Assembly (NCBI GenBank): GCA_028819005.1
Contig: JAPPMP010000024.1
Location: forward strand, 85,606 to 149,605
Direction of reading: 5' to 3'
Origin: Acidimicrobiaceae bacterium
GTDB lineage: Bacteria > Actinomycetota > Acidimicrobiia > Acidimicrobiales > Aldehydirespiratoraceae
Length of the DNA stretch: 64,000 nt
In this document: positions 17,253 to 26,463 of the stretch, piece after piece
Position numbering within the stretch: position 1 is the stretch's first letter
How the letters are laid out: each line of letters begins with the position of its first letter
Program-made: the position numbers and the translations under genes
The notes under the pieces: generated by a model
Told to the model about the DNA's origin: nothing
Database searches by the model: none
The model's input: the letters and a program-made list of their open reading frames with translations, nothing else

Positions 17253-18734
17253 ATGAGCGAACCGTTCCAAGGCCATACTCCCGGTCTTTTGGCAGACCGT
17301 CCATCGAGGGCATTGGACTTGGAGGAGTTCCGCTCGAATGGGCACCTTCTAGTTGATTGGATCGCTGACTATCTGAAGGATCTCGGTGAGCGCCCTGTAT
17401 GCGAGCCTACCGCACCGGGTGACGTTCGAGCCCAGCTTCCCCGACGCGCTCCAGAACAACCAGAACCGTTTTCCGAGGTGCTGTCTGACCTTGAGCAGGT
17501 CATCGTGCCCGCTCTGGCCCACTGGCAGCATCCGGGCTGGTTCGCCTACTTCCCAGCCATGTCGTCTCCCGCCTCAGTGCTTGGAGAATTGGCTGCAGCC
17601 GGTCTTGGCGTTCAAGGGATGATGTGGTCTTCGTCACCCGCGCTGACCGAGTTGGAGGCACACGTCCTAGACTGGCTCGTCGACCTCATGGGCTTGCCCC
17701 AAGGCTGGAAAACGTCCGCCGCCGGCGGTGGAACGCTCACCTCAGGCGCATCTTCCTCGACTCATATCGCCATGGTCGCCGCTCGGGAAACGTGCCGCGG
17801 TCGCACCGGCGCGCCGATCGAGCAAATGGTGGCCTACACCTCTGGCCAGTCGCATTCATCGGTCGAGAAGGGTGCTCGCATCGCCGGTTTCGGCCATATC
17901 CGACTCCTTGACACCGACCACGACTTCGCAGTCAAACCCGGCGCTCTCAACTCGGCCATATGTCAGGACCGCCGACTGGGCCTCACTCCTGCTTCAGTGA
18001 TATCTGCGCTCGGAACGACCGGCACGACCGCAGTCGACCCCATCGCGCACATGGGCGACATCGCCACGCGCGAACGTCTCTGGCATCACGTCGATGCCGC
18101 CTACGCAGGCTCAGCCATGATCTGCGAGGAGTTCCGCCATCACCTCGCCGGAGTCGAACTGGCAGACAGCTACACCTTCAACCCCCACAAATGGCTGGCT
18201 ACCAATCTCGACTGCTCAGTGCTGTGGGTAGCCGACCGAAAACCCCTCATCGACGCGATGAGCATCGAACCCCCCTATCTGCGCAACTCGGCGTCAGATT
18301 CTGGACAAGTCATCGACTACCGCAACTGGGGCGTCTCCCTCGGTCGACCATTCAGAGCCCTCAAGCTCTGGTTCGTGCTACGCGATCACGGCGCTGAGGG
18401 ACTCCGCCAGCTGATCCGCAACCATAGGACTTGGGCAGAAGACCTTTCGACGCGCATCGACAACCACTCGAGCCTGACCCTTATCGCCCCGACGACCTTC
18501 GCCTTGGTTTCGTTCGCCCATGTTGACGGCGACGCGGCCACTCGCGCGCTGGCGCAAACAATAAACGACAGCGGGCGTTTCTTCGTCACCGTTTCAGAAA
18601 GCGACACTGGCGCTTACATCCGGATCGCCATCGGCTCCACGTGGACGAGCAGACGCCACATCGATTCGCTCTGGCGTTTTATAGAGGCGAATGCCCTCCA
18701 AACGGCAGAGACGCCGACGCGGGAAAGACACTGA
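17253..18734 (+). CDS. Group II PLP-dependent (aromatic-L-amino-acid/tyrosine-type) decarboxylase
   Basis: 493 aa. HPGWFAYFPA and the PLP-lysine motif FNPHKWL. Confidence 0.88.
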   Translation: MSEPFQGHTPGLLADRPSRALDLEEFRSNGHLLVDWIADYLKDLGERPVCEPTAPGDVRAQLPRRAPEQPEPFSEVLSDLEQVIVPALAHWQHPGWFAYFPAMSSPASVLGELAAAGLGVQGMMWSSSPALTELEAHVLDWLVDLMGLPQGWKTSAAGGGTLTSGASSSTHIAMVAARETCRGRTGAPIEQMVAYTSGQSHSSVEKGARIAGFGHIRLLDTDHDFAVKPGALNSAICQDRRLGLTPASVISALGTTGTTAVDPIAHMGDIATRERLWHHVDAAYAGSAMICEEFRHHLAGVELADSYTFNPHKWLATNLDCSVLWVADRKPLIDAMSIEPPYLRNSASDSGQVIDYRNWGVSLGRPFRALKLWFVLRDHGAEGLRQLIRNHRTWAEDLSTRIDNHSSLTLIAPTTFALVSFAHVDGDAATRALAQTINDSGRFFVTVSESDTGAYIRIAIGSTWTSRRHIDSLWRFIEANALQTAETPTRERH

Positions 18735-18780
18735 CGATGGCGAACTCGGCAGTCCATCGCAACGAACAAAGGAGAGATCC

Positions 18781-19641
18781 ATGGGAACCATAACCACAAA
18801 CGACGGTGTTCGCCTGAACTACATGGAGAAAGGCACCGGCCCTCCAATTGTGATTGTTCCGGGCTGGAACCAAACAGCCGCTCTCTACGGCCGCCAGATC
18901 GATGCCTTCAGCAAGTCGTACCGCGTCCTGGCACTCGACTTGCGAGGCCACGGCGAGTCCGAAGCGCCGGCTCACGGGTATCGCATGTCCCGATACGCCA
19001 TGGATCTCAGAACGCTGATCACCGAAGCCACCGACGGCGACGCCCACGTTCTCGGCCACTCAATGGGCTGTTGTGTTCTCTGGTCCTACTTCGACCTGTT
19101 CGACGGTGATCGAATCGATCGAGCCGTATTCGTCGACATGGCAACCCACCCCGTGTTCAATCCCATATTCACTGCCGAACAAACGGCCGACTACGGATCG
19201 ATAATGCCCGCTGACGACTTGTTCGATGTGGTCAACGGTCTGACCAACGGCGCAGAGGGACAGATCATCCCCGCGATGATCGAGCAGATGGTCACAGGGT
19301 CGATCAGCGCCGACGACAAAGCCTGGCTCCTGCGGGAGAACCAGCGGATGTCGGGACCGTTGTCGGCGCGTGAGTTCTTCTCTGACATTTTCGCGGATTG
19401 GCGCGATGTGCCGCCCCGGATAAATCGTCCAAGCCTCTACATCGCGGGCGAGGCCTCTTTCGTCCCGATGGCCGCCACGAAATGGGCCGCCGAACAGACG
19501 CCCGGGGCCCGCTTCGAGTCAATAGGCGGAGACGAGGGCGGCAACCACTTCATGTTCATTGAGAACTCCGAGCTGTTCAACCGCTTCGTGCTGGATTTTC
19601 TAACTGAGCCGACAACCGAAACCACAACAATAAAGGACTGA
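18781..19641 (+). CDS. Alpha/beta hydrolase
   Basis: ORF 18691..19641 trimmed to ATG 18781, preceded by AGGAGAG. Nucleophile elbow VLGHSMGC. N-terminus GVRLNYMEKGTGPPIVIVPGW. Confidence 0.8.
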   Translation: MGTITTNDGVRLNYMEKGTGPPIVIVPGWNQTAALYGRQIDAFSKSYRVLALDLRGHGESEAPAHGYRMSRYAMDLRTLITEATDGDAHVLGHSMGCCVLWSYFDLFDGDRIDRAVFVDMATHPVFNPIFTAEQTADYGSIMPADDLFDVVNGLTNGAEGQIIPAMIEQMVTGSISADDKAWLLRENQRMSGPLSAREFFSDIFADWRDVPPRINRPSLYIAGEASFVPMAATKWAAEQTPGARFESIGGDEGGNHFMFIENSELFNRFVLDFLTEPTTETTTIKD

Positions 19642-19643
19642 GC

Positions 19644-20975
19644 ATGCAATCCAAAAGACTCTTGATAATCGCCTTGAGCATCATTTCACTGGCGACCGCC
19701 TGCGGCGCCGAGGGGGATGCTGAGAGCACTCGAACGACTGCACCCGCGAGTGAAGCGGCCAACGACGCAGACGGAGACGCTGATAAATCGGCAACTCCCG
19801 ACGACTCCGGAAGCCAGGCCACTGCGCCTGAAACGGACGCGGAACCATCGGCAAGCGAGATCGACGTCGACGCGGTATTGGCCGCTGACCTGAACTCCTG
19901 CGAAGCAGTGCCTTCGGGCGAAACCCTGCGAATCGGCTATGCCGCCGACTTCTCGGAACTGGGCGGCTTCGTCGATATACCGGGATCGGCCGCCGCCGAG
20001 TACTTCGTGGAGTTGTTGAACTGTCGAGGCGGAGTAGACGGTCGACCCGTGGAACTCATAGTTCGCGACATCGAAGGCAATCCCGAAACCGCCGGGCGAG
20101 TGGCCCAGGAGTTGCTCGACGACAAGGTATCCGCCATCTTGGGCCCGGCGTTCTTCGACGTCAACCAGGCTATCTTGCAGGTGACCGCCGGAAAGACCCC
20201 GCTAATCTCTGTGTCGTCGACCGAACCGTTGCTCGCCGACCCCGCACAACTCAGCCTGCTGGCATCGTTCACCGACACAGCGCAAGCCAAAGCGGCTGCC
20301 CGATTCGCGATCGAGCAGGGTTGGCAGACCTCAGCGACCTTCAGTGTTCCCGGCCCGTACTTCGGCTATCTGGTAGAGGTGTTCACCGAGGAGTACGAAG
20401 CGCTCGGGGGCCGAATACTCGACGACTATCCGTTCGTGCCCGCACAAACCACGGATTTCTCCGCTCAAGTGAACCAGATCGCCGCGCTGGAACCGCAGCC
20501 CGACGTGATCTACTCAGCGCTCATCGCTTTCCAGGCCGCCATTCTCCGCGGCCAACTCGATGAGGCCGGTGTCGGTAGCGAGATGCTGCTAGCCGATGCG
20601 TTCAGTGCCACCGGCGGCTACTTCACCGACGGAGTCGAAGGCTTCTTCCACACATCGCACACCTTCCCCGAACCCGACGGCCGCATGTTGAAGTTCCTCG
20701 ACTCCTACGAACAGGTCAAGGGCTCGGCTCTGGAGAGTGATTCGTATTCTGCTTTGGCCGCCGACGCGATCCTAGTCATAGCCGCAGCCGTCATTGAGAC
20801 CGGATCGCTCGACCCGGGCGAGGTCGGACGGGCAATGATTGCCGGCACCGGAATCGACGGGCTGACCGGAGTGTTGAGATACAACGGCGGGGGCACGCCG
20901 AACACGCCCGTATACGTTCATGAGGTGGTCGACGGTGGTCCCAACCTGGCCGCCGTGTACGAGGTGAACGAATAA
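19644..20975 (+). CDS. Liv/Peripla_BP_6-type ABC substrate-binding lipoprotein
   Basis: 443 aa. Signal plus lipobox SLATAC, acidic Ala/Asp-rich linker, then LRIGYAADFSELGG...GGVDGRPVELIVRD. Confidence 0.8.
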   Translation: MQSKRLLIIALSIISLATACGAEGDAESTRTTAPASEAANDADGDADKSATPDDSGSQATAPETDAEPSASEIDVDAVLAADLNSCEAVPSGETLRIGYAADFSELGGFVDIPGSAAAEYFVELLNCRGGVDGRPVELIVRDIEGNPETAGRVAQELLDDKVSAILGPAFFDVNQAILQVTAGKTPLISVSSTEPLLADPAQLSLLASFTDTAQAKAAARFAIEQGWQTSATFSVPGPYFGYLVEVFTEEYEALGGRILDDYPFVPAQTTDFSAQVNQIAALEPQPDVIYSALIAFQAAILRGQLDEAGVGSEMLLADAFSATGGYFTDGVEGFFHTSHTFPEPDGRMLKFLDSYEQVKGSALESDSYSALAADAILVIAAAVIETGSLDPGEVGRAMIAGTGIDGLTGVLRYNGGGTPNTPVYVHEVVDGGPNLAAVYEVNE

Positions 20976-21037
20976 AGATGGGGAATCCTGCTCTTGCCCG
21001 CACCGCGAATTCCAGCCCAACGGTCCTCTAGCGTCCG

Positions 21038-21853
21038 ATGGCGACATCTGGCCAATTGTTGGCAGTCGACTCGGCGGAAGTGTCCTACGGACCGATCCGT
21101 GCCCTCTATGGAGTCACTCTCAACGTCGAACCCGGTGAGATAGTCGCGATCGTTGGACCCAACGGTGCGGGCAAGAGCACCCTCCTCAATGCCATCGTGG
21201 GCCTGCGTCCGCTGACCCGCGGTCGGATCACTTGGCGGGGGCGCGACATTACCGGGTTGGCGCCCCAGCAACGCGTTCGTCTGGGGATCGGCCTGGTGCC
21301 CGAACATCGCCGCATCCTCACAACCTTGACCGTTGAGGAGAACCTTCTGGTGAGTGCAACAGCGCTGCCCGGCAGGCTTCGGCGAGTTCGGGCGAACGAA
21401 CTCATGGAGCGGTTCGAGGTGCTGGGCGAGAACCGCTCGCGGCGGGCTGGGCTGCTGTCGGGCGGCCAAGAGCAACTGCTCGCCATAGCCCGTGCCCTTA
21501 TGGGTTCCCCCGAACTACTGCTCTTGGATGAACCCACTCTGGGGCTCGCACCGATCGTCGCTGCGAAGGTGTTCGGAATCATCGACGAACTGCACCAGAA
21601 CGGAACGACATTGATTGTTGTCGAGCAGAACATTCGCCGGGTATTGGAGTCCGCTGACTCCGCATGCATCATGCGCACCGGGCGCATCGTGGAGCGCCAG
21701 CAGGCTGAGCGGCTAGCGGCCCGAACCGACCTCTTCGACTCATTCTTGGGGGATCTGCTCCCAACCGAGGAAGGTTGTCCGCAAAGGCCAGTTCCATCCC
21801 CTGGCGCTGATGGGACATGCCTTCACACGGAGCGGTCCGCTAGCTGTGACTGA
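21038..21853 (+). CDS. ABC transporter ATP-binding protein (LivF-like)
   Basis: GPNGAGKSTLL, LSGGQEQLLAIARAL, LLLLDEPTLG. Confidence 0.88.
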   Translation: MATSGQLLAVDSAEVSYGPIRALYGVTLNVEPGEIVAIVGPNGAGKSTLLNAIVGLRPLTRGRITWRGRDITGLAPQQRVRLGIGLVPEHRRILTTLTVEENLLVSATALPGRLRRVRANELMERFEVLGENRSRRAGLLSGGQEQLLAIARALMGSPELLLLDEPTLGLAPIVAAKVFGIIDELHQNGTTLIVVEQNIRRVLESADSACIMRTGRIVERQQAERLAARTDLFDSFLGDLLPTEEGCPQRPVPSPGADGTCLHTERSASCD

Positions 21854-22733
21854 GATCATTCAGCAGTTCGTCGACGGCTTGGGACGCGGCGGGGAGTACG
21901 CCTTGATCGCTCTGGGCGTGGGATTGATCTTCGGCGTCATGCGGCTGGTGAACTTCGCACACGGCGAGTTGATCACAGTAAGTGCATATGCTGCCTACGG
22001 TCTGGCGATATCGCAGATGAGTTGGTGGGTTCTGGCGCCGGCGATCATTCTCACCGCCATAATCACCTCGGTCGCGATCGAGTTCATTGCCTTCCGCTGG
22101 GTGCGCTCAAGCAGTGACTTCGCGATGTTGCTCACGTCGTTCGGAGTGCACTTCGTCGTGCAGGCGGCGTTCGTGATGTACGTGTCGGCGTCGGCTCGGC
22201 ATTTCAGCCGCCCCGAGTGGATCACGACAACCGTTTCGATCTCCGGGATCCGATTCGAAGTCGTCGACCTGAGCATAATCGCAGCCACCGTCGTCAGCCT
22301 GGGCTTCACGGTCTGGGTGCTTCAACGCACCGTCTATGGGATGTCGATCCGGGCAGCGGCCGAAGACTTCGACACAGCGAGACTGCTCGGAATCAGTTCT
22401 GAACGAGTTATACGAGCCGCTTTCGCCCTGGCCGGCCTGCTCGCTGGGATCGCCGCGCTGTTCTTCTTGATGCGCACAGGCCGCGCCGCTCCGTCGGCGG
22501 GACTGGTGCCGATGCTCAAGGGAGTGCTGGCTGCGCTCATAGGAGGGCTAGGACGACTCCAGGGCGCGGTGCTCGGAGGCCTGCTGCTCGGCATGGCCGA
22601 AATCCTTCTCGTCTCGTACCTCCCCGACAGCATCGACGGGATGGTGAACGGCGTCATTTTCATTCTCGTCGCAATCCTGTTCGTCTTTCGCCCATCGGGT
22701 ATCTTCAGCCCCCGGCCGTCGCAGCGAGTATGA
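21810..22733 (+). CDS. ABC transporter permease (LivH family)
   Basis: 307 aa. ...YALIALGVGLIFGVMRLVNFAHGEL. The in-frame GTG at 21846 (8-nt overlap with the upstream gene) is an equally plausible start. Confidence 0.85.
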   Translation: MGHAFTRSGPLAVTEIIQQFVDGLGRGGEYALIALGVGLIFGVMRLVNFAHGELITVSAYAAYGLAISQMSWWVLAPAIILTAIITSVAIEFIAFRWVRSSSDFAMLLTSFGVHFVVQAAFVMYVSASARHFSRPEWITTTVSISGIRFEVVDLSIIAATVVSLGFTVWVLQRTVYGMSIRAAAEDFDTARLLGISSERVIRAAFALAGLLAGIAALFFLMRTGRAAPSAGLVPMLKGVLAALIGGLGRLQGAVLGGLLLGMAEILLVSYLPDSIDGMVNGVIFILVAILFVFRPSGIFSPRPSQRV

Positions 22734-24808
22734 ACACCGCGACCACCGGAGACCGTCGAGAATCAGACGAGCTCCGCCGACAACCGTCGCAGTCAGCCAA
22801 CCTCAACAAGGCGCGGCTGAACGTTGAGCGCCTCGGATCCGATCTGCTCGGCGCGGCGCTGCTGTTCGGCATCGTGTCGCTCGGAGGGCTGATCTATGTT
22901 TCGGGAGGAGGGGCAGCCCGCGAAACCTTGTTCACGACTCTGCTCATCAACGCCATTGTGGTCGTGGGCATGCAGGTGTTCATTGGGAACACCGGCATCT
23001 TGTCTTTCGGCCATGTGGGTTTCGGCGCGGTGGCAGGCTATGCCTTCGCCGTCTTGGCGGTCGACGTCGAGTGGAAGAGCCGGCTCATCGGCGACGCCCC
23101 CTTCGGGGCGGCGAACGCGTCGATCCCAGCATTCGGCGCGATGGCCGCTGCTATCGCGCTGACCCTGGTGGTGGCTGTGATAGTCGGCCTGGGGATTACC
23201 CGATCAGGGGTTGCTGGCGGCGACATCGCCGCAACTGTGATCACCTTGGCGGTGCTGTTCGCCGCATACGAGATTGCTGTCAACTGGACCGAGATCACCG
23301 GCGGCAACCGGGGTGGGATCAGTTTCCGTCCAGGAACGGCGATGCAGGGACGCTCCTATGCATACATCGGTTTCGGCCTCGCCCTGCTCATTGCCGCAAC
23401 GTACCGATCATCGCGTTCGGGTCGCTTGGCGCGTGCTGTCAGAGAAGACGAGCTCGCTGCTCGTAGTTCGGGCGTTTATCCGGTGCCTCATCGAATGTCG
23501 GCTTTGATGCTGTCGGTCGGATTGGTGGCGCTCGGAGCCTGCCTGCGGGTGTGGCTGGTGGGGACCGTGTCGCCGGAGCGGTTCTTCATCGACTACACGC
23601 TGTTGACACTCACAATGCTTGTCGTCGGGGGGCGCAGCAGCGTAACCGGAGCGGTTGTCGGGACAGTGACCGTGACCGCGCTGACCGAGATCACCCGAGT
23701 CGCTTCGGGCCCTGATTTCAATGCCGGGCCATTCGACGCCGTGCTCCGGCCGGGTCTGACCGACATCTGTCTGGGTCTGGCCATGCTCGGCTTCATGGTT
23801 CTGCGACCCAATGGATTCCTCGACGACTATGAGATCATGGACATGCCCATTCTTCGCCGCTTCGCCCACCGGCCCGATTGTCGGCCCAGAGCCTCATCGA
23901 GTTCCTCGCTGTCGATCGCGGGCGTCTCATCAAGTTCCTCGCTGTCGATCGCGGGCGCCTCATCGAGTTCCTCGCTGCCGATCGCGGGCTCCGGCAGCGA
24001 AACCTCCAACGCTCTCCCAAGGGACGCTCCCGAAGTCGAAACTGTCTGGCCCACCGGTCCTGGCGTCGTGGGGTCTCAGCGGTCCGGAGCGGTCGAGAAT
24101 CGCCTTGAAGCCCATGACGTCAATGTCGAATTCGAAGGTCTCATCGTTTTGTCAGATGCCCGCATATCAGTATCGATGGGAAGCATATGCGGCCTCATCG
24201 GTCCCAATGGCGCAGGGAAGACCACCCTGCTGAACGTCTTGACGGGCGTCGTCCCCGTTCAATCGGGTTGCACGCGGTTGTGCGGCCGGCCCATCGACGC
24301 CCTCGCCATGCACCTGAGGGCCCGAACGGGCATTGCCCGGACATTTCAGAATCTGCGTCTGTTCACGAACCTGACCGTTCAAGAGAACGTCGCGATCGCC
24401 GCGGTCGCGTCAGGGGTCTCCACGCAGATGGCCCGATCCCGTGCCGACGAGATGATCGAGTTGATCGAATTGGGGGAGCTGGCCTCGCGGCGAGCCGGGC
24501 AACTCGACTACGGAGCCTCCAAGCGCCTCGAATTGGCACGCGCCGCGGCGTCTTACCCCAAATTCCTTCTGCTCGATGAGCCGACTTCGGGGTTCTCCGA
24601 AACTGAGTCGCAGTCGATTGTCCAGCAGATCCGTGCAATCGCAGCGAGAATCGGGTGCGGTGTGCTGGTCGTCGACCACGACCTGGCTTTCATCGCAGCG
24701 ATATGCGACGAGGTGTACTGTCTCGATCAAGGCTCGGTCATCGCCCATGGTTCAGTGGAGCAGGTCCATTCGCACCCGGCTGTGATTTCTGCCTTCATCG
24801 GCGAATAG
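22730..24808 (+). CDS. Fused LivM-type permease / LivG-type ATPase
   Basis: 692 aa in a single frame. The N-terminal ~380 aa is multi-TM (GNTGILSFGHVGFGAVAGY). The linker has 3x SSSSSLSIAG(V/A). The C-terminal ATPase has GPNGAGKTTLL, LDYGASKRLELARA, FLLLDEPTSG and VVDHDL. Confidence 0.8.
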   Translation: MNTATTGDRRESDELRRQPSQSANLNKARLNVERLGSDLLGAALLFGIVSLGGLIYVSGGGAARETLFTTLLINAIVVVGMQVFIGNTGILSFGHVGFGAVAGYAFAVLAVDVEWKSRLIGDAPFGAANASIPAFGAMAAAIALTLVVAVIVGLGITRSGVAGGDIAATVITLAVLFAAYEIAVNWTEITGGNRGGISFRPGTAMQGRSYAYIGFGLALLIAATYRSSRSGRLARAVREDELAARSSGVYPVPHRMSALMLSVGLVALGACLRVWLVGTVSPERFFIDYTLLTLTMLVVGGRSSVTGAVVGTVTVTALTEITRVASGPDFNAGPFDAVLRPGLTDICLGLAMLGFMVLRPNGFLDDYEIMDMPILRRFAHRPDCRPRASSSSSLSIAGVSSSSSLSIAGASSSSSLPIAGSGSETSNALPRDAPEVETVWPTGPGVVGSQRSGAVENRLEAHDVNVEFEGLIVLSDARISVSMGSICGLIGPNGAGKTTLLNVLTGVVPVQSGCTRLCGRPIDALAMHLRARTGIARTFQNLRLFTNLTVQENVAIAAVASGVSTQMARSRADEMIELIELGELASRRAGQLDYGASKRLELARAAASYPKFLLLDEPTSGFSETESQSIVQQIRAIAARIGCGVLVVDHDLAFIAAICDEVYCLDQGSVIAHGSVEQVHSHPAVISAFIGE
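23893..23991. repeat. 33-bp x 3 in-frame tandem repeat encoding SSSSSLSIAG(V/A)
   Basis: Units start at 23893, 23926 and 23959. They form the linker between the permease and ATPase halves of 22730..24808. Confidence 0.9.
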
Positions 24809-24830
24809 CCCACCGCGCCCACGCTCGAGG

Positions 24831-26057
24831 TTAGGAAGCGGCGCGGGTCTTTCGCAGCAGGGGGTCGGCCAGGGCCAGGCCGCGGTCGGCGATTCGCAGC
24901 ACCCTGTTGGCTGCGCCCGGAGTGTCGGCGCCGAGCAGGTTGCCCATCACCTGCAATGTGATGTTGGCGATGGTCTGGGTTCCTACAGCCATTCGCAGGC
25001 CTGAGCGCAGAATGAAGGGGTGACCGATCAAGAAACTGAAGCGCCGGCCGGTTCGCAGGAAGGCGTCGAAACGCTCGCCGATCATGCGGTCGTATTCGGC
25101 CGGAGCGCCGGCTGGGTCAGCGAGGAACAAATCCGCTGCCAGGGTTCCGGACTCGAGCCCATAGTCGATGCCCTCTCCGTTCATGGGATTGATGAGGCCC
25201 GCGGCGTCGCCGATCGCCACCCACCCGTCACCGTGACGGCGCTGCGCGCTCATCGGCAGCCTCCAGGCTCGGGGCCGCTCCAGATAGTCGCCGAGTTCCC
25301 ATTCATCGCGGATCAGGTCACGGTAGGAGTCGATCAGCCGGTTCAGATTGAGCTTTCGATAGCCCTTCATCGTCGACAAGGCGCCCACGCCGATGTTGAC
25401 AGTGCCGTCTCCCGCCGGAAACATCCAGCCGTACCCCGGGATCGGCGTGCCCGACTCATCGCTCAAGGCCAGGCAAGCCTCAAGATGGCGCTCCGCATGG
25501 CGAGGCGAAGCCGCGTAGCTCCTGATGGCCAACCCGTGCGGCTCGTTGTCGACGCGACCCGCTCCGAGCAGCCGCGCGACGTTGCCGGGTGCTCCGGTCG
25601 CGACGACCGTCAGATCGGCGTGCCACCTGTCCGGCCCCGCGGTCACGCCCGTGACACGGCCATCATCTTGGAGAATCGGCGTGGCTTCGGTCTTCCAGAC
25701 GATCTCTGCCCCTGCGTCTGCGGCGGCGGCCATCAGATGCGCGTCAAGAAGCCGGCGGGGCCAGACCGCCCCATTGGGAGCGAAGGTCCCGTTGGCGGGC
25801 CAAGGGAGCTCTCGGCGGGTCTTGTTGGCGATCATCCTCAAGCCGTCGATGCGGTGGGCGCCGCTCATGTCGATGTCGAGCCCGTTGAGGGCATGCACGG
25901 CGCGCGGGGTCAGTCCGTCTCCGCAGACCTTGTCACGGCCCGCTGCGGCTTTTTCGAAAACCGTTACTGAAGCCCCGCCTCTCGCCGCCTGTATCGCAGC
26001 CGCCGCACCCGCGGGTCCGGCTCCGATAACCACGACGTCACGCGTTCTTGTGCCCAC
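24831..26057 (-). CDS. Geranylgeranyl reductase family FAD-dependent oxidoreductase (MenJ-like menaquinone side-chain reductase candidate)
   Basis: 408 aa, GTG start. VVVIGAGPAGAAAA FAD fold and CGDGLTPRAV motif. The MenJ assignment is an inference from family, size and proximity to menB. Confidence 0.8.
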   Translation of the reverse strand: MGTRTRDVVVIGAGPAGAAAAIQAARGGASVTVFEKAAAGRDKVCGDGLTPRAVHALNGLDIDMSGAHRIDGLRMIANKTRRELPWPANGTFAPNGAVWPRRLLDAHLMAAAADAGAEIVWKTEATPILQDDGRVTGVTAGPDRWHADLTVVATGAPGNVARLLGAGRVDNEPHGLAIRSYAASPRHAERHLEACLALSDESGTPIPGYGWMFPAGDGTVNIGVGALSTMKGYRKLNLNRLIDSYRDLIRDEWELGDYLERPRAWRLPMSAQRRHGDGWVAIGDAAGLINPMNGEGIDYGLESGTLAADLFLADPAGAPAEYDRMIGERFDAFLRTGRRFSFLIGHPFILRSGLRMAVGTQTIANITLQVMGNLLGADTPGAANRVLRIADRGLALADPLLRKTRAAS

Positions 26058-26099
26058 ACTCCGACGCTACAGCGGTCTCCGGATGCATCCGCATCCGCT

Positions 26100-26372
26100 C
26101 TGACGCCCCCGCGCACCCGGCTCCGAGCCAACTCCCGTGCCGCTGAACAAGCCGACATGGCTAACGCCCCCGCGCACCCGGCTCCGAGCCAACTCCCGTG
26201 CCTCTGAACAAGCCGACATGGCTAACGCCCCCGCGCACCCGGCTCCGAGCCAACTCCCGTGCCTCTGAACAAGCCGACATGGCTGACGCCCCGCGCGCCC
26301 GGCTCCGAGGAGGCTGCGACTCCGGGGGCGGCGACCCACGAACTGACGCCCCCGCGCACCCGGCTCCGAGCC
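26100..26372. repeat. 61-bp tandem repeat, about 4.5 copies
   Basis: Units ct[g/a]acgcccccgcgcacccggctccgagccaactcccgtgcc[g/t]ctgaacaagccgacatgg at 26100, 26161 and 26222 (copies 2 and 3 identical). The copy at 26283 is degenerate and the copy at 26343 is partial. Each unit contains the 11-bp palindrome GGCTCCGAGCC. Confidence 0.92.
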
Positions 26373-26463
26373 CTCGTGTCCTCCTTGGCTTCGGCGTGCG
26401 CGTTGTTGAACCTTGCTTGCGGAGGCCGTAGATTCTCAACCGACAGCAAGCAATGGGGTACTC

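Noticed and set aside
26100-26372. Tandem arrays (here, and at 15956-16147 and 61060-61211) as CRISPR arrays
   Set aside because: The units abut each other with no unique spacers. Unit lengths of 42-71 nt equal the period, and no cas genes are present.
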